Source: Monocercomonoides exilis PA203
Taxonomy: Eukaryota; Protista; Preaxostyla
Assembly (NCBI GenBank): GCA_001643675.2
Contig: LSRY02000013.1
Location: forward strand, 496,001 to 560,000
Direction of reading: 5' to 3'
Length of the DNA: 64,000 nt
Under the pieces are notes generated by a model, which saw only the letters and a program-made list of their open reading frames with translations, searched no databases and was not told the DNA's origin. A program made the position numbers and the translations under genes. Positions 46,532-57,000 of the stretch are shown in pieces (positions within the stretch are counted from its first letter, which is position 1; each line of letters starts with the position of its first letter).

Positions 46532-48541
46532 ATGCCTCCAAAAAAAGCAAAAAAGGGAAAAACGAAAGGAAAGCAAGCAGAGCAAGAAGCACCTATCGAT
46601 CCTTATTTAAAATCTTTAAAAGAAAAGACCATTGAAGAGTTGAAAGAAGAAGAAAAGTCATGGAAAGAAAAGTCTCAAAAAGAAATGAGAATGAGAAGTC
46701 TTGCTCTATGTGATCGAGTGTGCATGAATTTTTATTGATTGAGCATCATATCTTTTATCTTTTTCGTAATGTATATTTATTTCAATAACAAAGGATCAAG
46801 GACAGCAATTATACAATTCTTTATGCAAAGAATACGACCATCTTCAAGCAGAAACACGTCTTCAAGAACATAAAATGCAAGAAGAATCGGAAGCTCATGA
46901 TGTGGAAATGAAGGTTTGGATTTTACTGGTGGAGTCTGCAAAATAACTTGTTTTTTAATTTCAGCAATTGGAAATGGCAGTGAAGCATCATCTTTCATTT
47001 CACGAAACCGAACTCGAAAAGGTTGAAGCTGAAACTGAAGCGGAAAGAAGCCAAGAGCAAGAACTTCATGAGGAAAAGTTTGGACTTTTTTGTTGGATAT
47101 AATCTTTTGAATATTTATAATAAAACGCAATTTAGATTGAAACAAATTAAAAAAGCAAAAGATTTTGTTGCACAACAGCAAAAGCAAGCTATTGACAATC
47201 AAGAAAAGGCACTTCAATCACTTTCAGTCAATATTGATTTGATGAAACAGAGAAATCAGGAATTCCTCGATGAACTCAAAACAAAACTTGATGCAAAAGT
47301 TAAATTTTATGTTAATATATGGACATTGAGGCGGCGTGTTGAGGTTTGTTTTTTTTACTCAAAATACAAGCATATTTTATTTACTTTTTTTCAAATGATT
47401 TTTATTTTGGTATTGTAGCTTCAAGAGATTGAAGAGAGAAAGAACCGCCACATAGCAACGCTGTGCACACATCATCGTGCAGCGTTCGCTAAAACAAAAG
47501 AATATTACAATCAAGTCACTCAAAACAACCTCAAAATCATCAGATCTCTGAAGGCTTGCACATTTTTCAAATTTTTGTTTTATTAATAATTACTTTTGAT
47601 ATATTTAAATGTATCTTGCATTTCATATATCCCAACCAATAATCCTTACAGAAAGAGATTGAAGATGCATACAAGCGCAATGAAGCTATTGTTCATGACC
47701 AAGCAAGAATGACTCAATCAATTGAGGATATTAGAGCACAGCGACGTCCTGTTGAAGACACGTTAGAAAAACTTCGGGAAGATATTGCTTCCTTTGAAAA
47801 GGTTTGATTGATTATCTAAACTTATTTAAGTTGACATTGATTTCTTCTATTAACATAATTATTCCTACTGTATTTGTACATATTCTTTAAATAAAAATAC
47901 TAATTTTTTCGTGTTTCTCAGGATGTGTCTGTGCTTCATAGCACTCGCACACACAACATCATTCTGGAACGGCAGCTCAGACAGCTGGAGCACGACCACA
48001 ACGAATTGGAGAAGAAGTACCAGAGAGTGCAGAAAGAGAAGAGTGGCATTGAAAAACGCTATGAGGAAGTGATTGAGGCTATCCGGCAGAGAGGAATGGT
48101 GCCTTCTCGCGTCATTGTGGGCAGAATGAGAGCAACACAGCAAGGCATAATGAAAAGAGTATGCAGCAAACTGCATTTGTTTCTATTCAATGCTAATTTT
48201 TTGCCTTTTTTATTCTTTTTTATTTATTTATTGAAAATAATAATTACGATGATAATTAACAGGATGAGCAAATTGAGTCTGTTGTTGTGGCTGGAGAACT
48301 GGATCCAGCGAGCGTTCAGCAACTTGCAGCGAATTTGGACGAGATGATTGCGCAGAAGAACAGAGTCATTGATGATCTCAACTACCAAATCATCAGAGTC
48401 ACCAAGGCACACAATGATGCAGTGCATGTTCTGGAGGCCAAGCTGTTGGAGATGGGAGTGAAGGAAGAGGATCTTGGAAAGAGACCAACTGTTGCTGAAA
48501 CTATTCCAACACCTGCAGGATTGGTTTCAGCTGTGTTGTGA
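46532..48541 (+). CDS. GAS8: GAS8 / DRC4 dynein regulatory complex subunit (multi-exon)
   Basis: MPPKKAKKGK start, LQEIEERKNRHI, KEYYNQVTQNNLKIIRSLK, and C-terminal RVTKAHND...EAKL.EMGV..EDLG..P...PAGLVS. Confidence 0.9.
47554..47651 (+). other. Non-canonical GC-AG intron in GAS8
   Basis: CTG AAG|gcttgcac...ccttacag|AAA GAG ATT GAA restores NNLKIIRSLK-KEIED. The first GT downstream gives no in-frame junction. Confidence 0.75.
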
Positions 48542-48655
48542 TTCAATAATTAATACAAAAAAAGTTATTGCACAGTTTTTTTCAAAAATTGTAATTATTC
48601 ATAGAGCAAATCATATCCAATGCAGTTCAATATTTTTTACATTTCAATTTATTAT

Positions 48656-48859
48656 TTTTTTGTTTTTAAATTACAAAAAAGTTTTTTTAACAAAAGGGTT
48701 CTATTTTTCAGAAATTTTTATTAATTATTAAATAAAATATTATAAAGACGAGTTATTGAATATTGTTTGTTTTCATAATTCTTATCTAGTTCAGATGACA
48801 AAAACAAAATACGTATTTCGGGGGATAAAAATCAATTGAAAGTTTCGTTAAAAATAATT

Positions 48860-48914
<55 letters not shown>

Positions 48915-50439
48915 ATGTATGATATTGTTTTTATTAAAATGAGAAATTTTTTATTTCTTTTTAAAAACAAATAAAAAGTTTTTTAATCTGGAAAATGTTA
49001 AATGTGAAATTATATGATTAACTTTTTATGGAACTTTTTTCTTTATTGCCACTTTTTTCTTTTTTAAATTAGAACGCATTCCTATCATTCAATTGCTTTC
49101 GGAATTTTGACTTTTGTTTTTTCAAATGCTCAATACTATTTCTTTCTTATTTATTTTTTGATTTTTGTTTGATTCATATTGCGAAATTGTGCATTTGAAT
49201 TTAACTAAATGCTTCTATTTTTATTCGAATTTGGGAAACTTATCACTCAAACATATGTTGTTCTTTTTGAAAAGTCCCAAATGATAAACTTTTTGTTCGA
49301 GAAAGGAATTACACCATTTATTATTCAAATTTGGTAAACTTATTATTCGAAATTAATAAAAATCAGTATTTTTTGAAAAAAAATTTTTGATATAATATGA
49401 TCACCGGCTGAGTGTCAGAAAGTGATTAAAATGTTTTGTTTTTTTCATTATTCTTAAAAAGGATGAAAAATTGACCCTGTAATATTATTATTTGTCGAAA
49501 AACATGAAAATTTTTGATTTTTCAGAAAAAAAAAATCATCATCATTGAAATCGGATAATTTTCAAATGAATTCACCTCATATTGTCCGATTATGCATCAT
49601 TCATACAAGAAAAGTTATTAGCATCAATATTACAAAAAAAATACAAAAATTTTTTCTTAACTGAAAAAAACCATGAATGCATTTTCGGAATTCTCATGTT
49701 GTTATTTATTGTTTCACTTAAGATCTTTATATTATATAACTTTTCTTGAATGAATGATGCATAATCGGACAATATGAGGTGAATTCATTTGAAAATTATC
49801 CGATTTCAATGATGATGATTTTTTTTTTCTGAAAAATCAAAAATTTTCATGTTTTTCGACAAATAATAATATTACAGGGTCAATTTTTCATCCTTTTTAA
49901 GAATAATGAAAAAAACAAAACATTTTAATCACTTTCTGACACTCAGCCGGTGATCATATTATATCAAAAATTTTTTTTCAAAAAATACTGATTTTTATTA
50001 ATTTCGAATAATAAGTTTACCAAATTTGAATAATAAATGGTGTAATTCCTTTCTCGAACAAAAAGTTTATCATTTGGGACTTTTCAAAAAGAACAACATA
50101 TGTTTGAGTGATAAGTTTCCCAAATTCGAATAAAAATAGAAGCATTTAGTTAAATTCAAATGCACAATTTCGCAATATGAATCAAACAAAAATCAAAAAA
50201 TAAATAAGAAAGAAATAGTATTGAGCATTTGAAAAAACAAAAGTCAAAATTCCGAAAGCAATTGAATGATAGGAATGCGTTCTAATTTAAAAAAGAAAAA
50301 AGTGGCAATAAAGAAAAAAGTTCCATAAAAAGTTAATCATATAATTTCACATTTAACATTTTCCAGATTAAAAAACTTTTTATTTGTTTTTAAAAAGAAA
50401 TAAAAAATTTCTCATTTTAATAAAAACAATATCATACAT

Positions 50440-50485
<46 letters not shown>

Positions 50486-50689
50486 AATTATTTTTAACGA
50501 AACTTTCAATTGATTTTTATCCCCCGAAATACGTATTTTGTTTTTGTCATCTGAACTAGATAAGAATTATGAAAACAAACAATATTCAATAACTCGTCTT
50601 TATAATATTTTATTTAATAATTAATAAAAATTTCTGAAAAATAGAACCCTTTTGTTAAAAAAACTTTTTTGTAATTTAAAAACAAAAAA
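48656..50689. repeat. Giant near-perfect palindrome (arms 963 and 954 bp, 117-bp spacer)
   Basis: Left arm 48656-49618, spacer 49619-49735, right arm 49736-50689. The arm length difference equals T53 (48861-48913) versus A44 (50441-50484). One substitution seen (49605/49749). Confidence 0.97.
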
Positions 50690-50723
50690 GAAAGGATTTT
50701 ATCTAAATTTTGGAGAAAATATT

Positions 50724-52123
50724 GGCAAATTAAAAGAATATCGGAACTTTCAAATTATCATTATTCTTGTTTCTATTGATTTCTTTTGTGTTTATAAAGT
50801 ATTTAAATGTGAAAAAAGTTGTCGGAAAACGTTAAAAAAAACTTTCAATAATTTTTTATTCAAGCTGATCAAATATAAAATTTTTGCTTATTCATCAGAA
50901 TAATTAGAAGCATCCTCTCCGTCATCAACGCTATTTGAATCTTCTTCTTTTTCATCATCACGCGGTCCATGCAGAATATCGTCAGCATCCGGAATTTCTT
51001 CATTTTCTGAAATATCAATTTCTTCATCAGCAATAATGGGTTTTTCTTCTGGAATAAAATGAATCATTTTCTGCAAAATATCGACAAAACTTGGTTTAAG
51101 ATTCCTTTGAACAAGCCACATAGATAAACAATCAGCAATGAATGTTTTCCTTACTCCATGCTTTGGAAAAAACGCTCTTAAATGACTCCACAACCCTTCA
51201 ACGGTATTGGTACATGCACCTGTTTCTGGATCTTTGAAGTTCCTTTTATGACAGACCGTTATATGTTCATAACCAATATCTTTCAGACAATCATAGCTTT
51301 TCCATTCATCACTAATAATTGTTGTGCCTGCTAATATCCTTTCTTGAATAATAGGAATCAATGTTTCTTTTTTCCTGTCTGGCACGATAATAACAAAATT
51401 TGTTCCAGCCCCTCCTCCTTCCTTCCTCTCAACTCCTCCGAAAATCCACAGCAAATCCTTCTTTCTTCCTCTTCCATATTTCCTTCTCCTCCAAACAGCC
51501 TCATCTATTTCGACGTATTTTCCCGGTCCTCCTAATTTCGGCATTGTTTCGTTCCAAATTTGTGTGCACACAACTCTCACAACGCTTGTCCAGTAACCAA
51601 TCGTTGGATATGAAACACCCGTCAGCAAATGAATTTGTTTTAATCCAATTCCAATCCAATAGTACAATAGAATCTGCAAAACAATATTTATTGGCAGTTT
51701 CATTTTGGAAAATACGGAATTTTTAAATATTGAGGTTTTTTTTCGGCAAGTTTGACACCAAAGATATTTGTAACCTTCTGTTTCCTCCCTGATTCTCCTT
51801 TTGCTTCTGCATTTAGGGCAATCCTTGGTCGAGAACTCTTGAAAACGTTTGAAAAACCAATTCCACGTTTCTTCTTTATCATGGAAGATCGTATTCAATC
51901 GAAATACTGTTTGACTATTTTTTTCCTCTTCAGATCTTGCCATTAAACTTTTTTGATCACAAACCATAGATTAGAATTTTTTTGACTTTTCCATGTTTTT
52001 TCAAACTTCTTAAAAAGACTTTCCGATAGCTGAAAATTTGCATATTGCATCAATAAATAATATAAATGACTTTCACTATTTTTTTGTGCAAAATTGAGAG
52101 TTCCGATATACTTTCATTTTGCC
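50724..52123 (-). mobile_element. Complete Merlin / IS1595-family (ISXO2-like) DNA transposon, 1400 bp
   Basis: 30-bp imperfect TIRs (GGCAAATTAAAAGAATATCGGAACTTTCAA at 50724-50753; reverse complement of 52094-52123 is GGCAAAATGAAAGTATATCGGAACTCTCAA; 26/30 identical). Perfect 8-bp TSD AAAATATT at 50716-50723 and 52124-52131. Single transposase ORF. Confidence 0.95.
50888..51967 (-). CDS. ISXO2-like (Merlin) DDE transposase
   Basis: Zn ribbon CPKC...WCQTC, HTH-like segment, catalytic YVEIDEA, IISDEWKSY, HKRNFKDPETGACTNTVEGLWS. Intact 359-aa ORF with an acidic tail. Confidence 0.95.
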   Translation of the reverse strand: MVCDQKSLMARSEEEKNSQTVFRLNTIFHDKEETWNWFFKRFQEFSTKDCPKCRSKRRIREETEGYKYLWCQTCRKKTSIFKNSVFSKMKLPINIVLQILLYYWIGIGLKQIHLLTGVSYPTIGYWTSVVRVVCTQIWNETMPKLGGPGKYVEIDEAVWRRRKYGRGRKKDLLWIFGGVERKEGGGAGTNFVIIVPDRKKETLIPIIQERILAGTTIISDEWKSYDCLKDIGYEHITVCHKRNFKDPETGACTNTVEGLWSHLRAFFPKHGVRKTFIADCLSMWLVQRNLKPSFVDILQKMIHFIPEEKPIIADEEIDISENEEIPDADDILHGPRDDEKEEDSNSVDDGEDASNYSDE

Positions 52124-52308
52124 AAAATATTCTGATTCATGAATCATTTTCAATAAATATCAGTGAAGTGAATTTTAAAAATTGTTTATTATGAAGTGAA
52201 TTTAATAATAAATTACAACATCTTTGAAAAATTGAATATGCAAAAAAATATACAACTGCTTTGAACATTAATTTGGTGCTTTCATAGAACCTCTGCTGAA
52301 CAAAACGC

Positions 52309-54016
52309 TCACAATTTAATACTTTTAACAACTCTTTGGTTAATACCAGTTTCTTCTCCACCATACGAATGCCTTTTCTCTTTCATTGCAGGGATTCTGC
52401 CATGAAGTCTCTTTTGAGCCTTTTCGTAACGATGACGATGGAACACACGAGGATTCCTTCTGTCCTTTTTGTAGTATTTCCTGTCTCCTTTGTTTGTCAG
52501 AATTTCATATGTCAGATTTCGTCGATCAGCCGTACTCTTCTCCATCTTTTGAAGCGCCATCAGCGCAGCTGCTTCTGGATGAGTCTTTGCATACTCCAGC
52601 TGCAAGTGCGCACGCCTCTCCTTCCTTGTTCCAGTCAAAACACGCGAAGTGCCTGCCTTTTTCTGCTGCTTTCTCTTATCACTTCCATTGGAACTGTCGT
52701 CTTCATCACCTGAATAAGCAATTTCATCATACAATTCATTGAGTTCATCTTCATTCCGTCCTTTTCCTTTCAATGATTTTTTGGAAGCTTTTGATTGCTG
52801 ATCACTTTCAGATTCGGATCTGTCTGTGTTTTTAGTAATACCATGTAGCAAAGTATCTACTTCATTGCTATTATCGTCACCCAACAGCTCTTGCATTCCT
52901 CTTCTTCTTCCATTATGCTTCAAATCTTCGTCTCCCGTTCTGAGGCTCTTCATCTTCTTTTCCTTAACCTAAACATTACATTTATTTCGAATTGTTATTT
53001 TAGTTAAAGTGTATTTAAAAAAAATTTCCGTAAAAAATTTCATGAGAAAGAAATAATATAAATACTTTACAACATTTGCAATCTGAAAAAAACAACAAAC
53101 CATCTTTGTAATTGAAACATGATCCTTCACTGCCTCTTTTGTTCGTTTTGATTTCTTTATTGTGCGCTGCACAAACGATTTCCAATCTCCATCGAGTTCC
53201 ACTCCTCCAAGCAACTCAGACAGGTCATCACCTTCTTTGCTTTCTTCGGATAAAGGAGCATCATTTGAATTCATATCGCTCTCTTCTTCGCTGGATAACA
53301 AACCATTTCCTTCTTCATCGGAGTCGTCATCCAAAAGTTCATCTTCATCTGGCGTTATATCACTTTCCGATAAATCACTTAATTTCTTCTGCAATTTTGC
53401 CTTTCTTTTTGCTTTTTTTTCTGCTTCTTCCGCTTCTCTTCTTTCTCTTGCAGCAGTTTCCCATACAAACTCTTCTTTCTTTGCCTTTTCAGATTTTTTC
53501 CTCTTTAAATTCTCATCTGATTCATCTTCATCACTGTCTTCATCTAATTGTCTTTTATTCTGCCTTCTTTTCTTTTTTCCATGTTCAAGCTTATCATCTA
53601 TATCAAACATCTCCAATTCAGATTGTCTTAACGATTTGGCTTCTTTCATTTTAGCTCGCTCTCTTGTAGATAATTTCCTTTTGTCTCCCCATTTTGAATT
53701 TGTGGCTTAATTTTTCATTTCATGCGTATTTGCAAGATTAAAAACAAAATAATTCACAAACAATTCAATAATTCAACATTATAAATTCCTTTTCCATACA
53801 TTTAATTTTATTTTCTAACTCTTCATTATCTTCTGATGATTCGTTTGAACTTATATCATCTGAAACACTTGATTCATCATCTAATTCATGATTAGCCTTT
53901 AACCAAGCAAGGGAGCTAAGTTGAAAATCATCAGCAGCAATCCGACTAAGCTTTATTCCTTCTGCAGCCCTTGCTTCACTAACAAGGGTTGGCATCTCTT
54001 CGTCATTTTGATCCAT
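52309..54016 (-). CDS. UTP3: Sas10/Utp3 small-subunit processome protein (3 exons)
   Basis: C-terminal Sas10 domain RNLTYEILTNKG...RNPRVFHRHRYEKA...YGGEETGINQRVVKSIKL. Two GT-AG introns join the three ORFs in frame. Confidence 0.88.
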
Positions 54017-54095
54017 TGGACTTAAAGTATTCCTGATCGAACGTTCCCTTTACAAAAATATTAGATAATTGACAATTAATTTTCAGGAATTACAA

Positions 54096-57000
54096 ATGAG
54101 TTTGTTTGAAAACTCAAAATATATTCGAAAGAAAATTGCATGTGCAAATTGCATAACTTCATTTGCAAGCGGTAACATGTTTATTCCCAGACAAACAATT
54201 TTTGTAATATCAAGAGAATCCTCGCTTTATTTTTATGAATATGGAGATTTTGACAAAATTAAATGCGTTAAAACAATTCGATATACGAATGAAATAGATT
54301 CTCTACTTATTTTACCCTCTTACAGGTTAGAATTTGCAATTATTTTGAATTTTTTGGAAAAGCGTAAAATTTTGTTGCAACATCAAATTATATTTAATTT
54401 TTTTTGATCGTTTTCATAGAAATGACATATGCGATTTCTTATTCATTTTATTTCGTGATGGTTGTTGGATAATATTGGGAAATCGAGATTCAAAATTAAT
54501 TACTTATTCAAGAGGACATTTAAATTTATCTGAGAATCGAACCGAACTTTCAGCTCACGCTTCTTTTAAACTATTACCGTTATTCTCAACATTAAGATCG
54601 ACTTTGCAGTTAAATTTGACATTTCCTAAAACATCTGAACAATTATTTGGAATCGTCTGCTTTTCTGATGAAAATGAACTGTTCGGGATTTTGGTGTGCG
54701 CAAATTATGAAGAATCAAAAGTTAATTCTGAAACGTTTACATTTGTGCACGAAAGTCCTGACACTGGATTGAATCAAGTTTCTTCATTCTCAGCGCCTTT
54801 GCCAAAAATCTCAAAAAGGTTAATAACCAAGCGTGGTGTAAATAAAGAAACAAATAATCCTCAAAAAAGTCATCTTCCTATTATTTTTGCGACAGAAGGT
54901 TCACAGAGCCACTTTCAGGCTCATTCGTTAAGAGGAGTTCGGTCCATCAGACAGATTGTATCAATTGATTGCTCAAATCCAAAGGAAGCAGAATTAGATG
55001 CCAGTGCAATTCCTTCTCCTTTTGCTGCTTCATCGAGCAACTCAATGTGCAGTCAAGCATCTGAACTGCTTTCGATGGTAAGTCCTGAGCTGAGAGAGAC
55101 AAGATGCGCAATTCTGTTTGAGTCCGTCCACAGTTTCGTCTGTTTGAGCTGGGCTGAATGCGATTGGCTTCACAAGACAGTTAAACCTGGTCCGTTCCAA
55201 TTGGCGCCTCTCGAAGAAACCACGTCTGTTGTGCTGAATCTCAAAAATCAGTCGAATCCATTTTGTGAATGTTTCCTTAATAAACGAAACACACAAAAAG
55301 AAGATGACTCAATTATTCCACAAATTTCTAATGAAGAAAAAGCATTCTTCAATCTGCTGTCTTCTATTTCCAGCTGCACAAGCACTCTGAACATGATACT
55401 TCCAACACTGGCTCCTCTTTCAGGGGAATCTGGCAGCGGAACAGCGATCTCTTCAGCCTCCACTCCACTTGTCCACAGGCTGCTGTGCAAAGACATGCAA
55501 TCACACGAACACCCTCCCCTCCTGCTCATTTCGTCTGTCGGAGTGACTCTTTTCTCTCCGCTTCGGCAGCTCTCTTCGCCTTCGTCGCCGGCTGTCCTCT
55601 TCTTTCCATTCCGTTTGCCATTGCAGTCACTCCCCTGCGATGCAGTTGCTTTATTCACTTCAAAACAACAGCAATCATCATCATCATCATCGTCTGCTTC
55701 TGCTTCTGCTTCTACATCAGCTTCTTCAATATCTTCATCTTCATCTCTTTGCTGCTCTTTGACAGTCATTTCACAAAATCAACTTCTTCAACTTTCAACA
55801 GAAACACCGCCACGCTTGTCACACTTTCCATCAAAACATCTTTTAAGCATTTACAATTTGCCTTCCACAAATTCTTCATTTCATCCTTCTCTTCTCATAT
55901 CTACACTCGAAGGAGCTCCATTCATTGTCCATCCTTTCATGAAGCCCCAGCCTTCTCAGTTGCGCAGTCTGCTTCTATCAAACTCATCTCCTTCTTCTGT
56001 AATCCACCCTTCTGCTCTTCCCCCAGCTTCTCTTCTGCTTCCTTCACATATCATCAACTGCTCCATTTCTGTTCCTCTGTTCTCTATCAAATATCTCCAA
56101 CAGCTTCCATTTGCTCAGATTGGTGATTATTCTTCCACTTCGTCACTTCAACGCTTCTTCTTCTTTCTTTCTCCGCACCATACAAATTGCACCAATTCAT
56201 CATCATCATCATCTTTTTCTTCATTTCCCACAGAAGACCTCATCTCTCACTTCAATTGGCATTCAATGCAACATCAGCTGCCATTCAGCCAGGTCGTTCT
56301 TGGCGGCGGAACAGGTTCTGCTGGCTTTCTCTCTTTTTCTGTGCTTTCTCATCTGCTTTATGCTGACTGCTCCATTTCATTGAACAATCTGAACTCATCT
56401 TTATCTGCTTCTTCTTCTTCCACTTCGCTGTTATCATCATCATCATCATCATTTTCTTCTTCTTCATCTCGCTTCCCGATCAATTTCAGCTTTCCAACTT
56501 TGTATTCTGCACCTTTTTCTCAAAAAGAAAGCAGAACAAAACAAACAACGCTATTTCTTGTCACAACCGATGATCCATTTGAATCAACTCTCAAATCTTC
56601 ACAAAAAGAGCAGACGAAAACTATTCGCTCATTCTTTTTGCTTCCTCACGAAGACTCCACTTTTTCTTTAGTCATTCCCTCTCAAATTGGCTTGAACGAC
56701 TCAGAAACCACACTCGCTTTCTCTTCTATTCCAGCTGGCAGTTTAACTGTTCTCATCCAAGTCACAACTCATTCATTGATTGTCTCACAGCCATTGGATT
56801 CTGATCAACTTTTGGAGCAGAACAGCAAATCTTGTCCTTCGTCTTCTCAGACATTGGTATTTGCAGATGGAATATCCTCTGCTAAATTAGTGGGACGCTG
56901 GATTTTTGTTGTCAGCCACATGAATGTGTTCTGCTATTGTCTGTTTGAAACAACTCAAAAATCAACAACCAGCCAAAAGACAGCAGTGTCTTCGCAGCAG

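Noticed and set aside
49549-49570. ATCGGATAATTTTCAAAT resembling the Merlin TIR core
   Set aside because: Short, gapped and AT-rich match; not distinguishable from chance.
48656-50689. Palindrome arms as long TIRs of the neighbouring transposase or as a foldback transposon
   Set aside because: The transposase lies outside the arms and has its own TIRs and TSD. No TSD flanks the palindrome.
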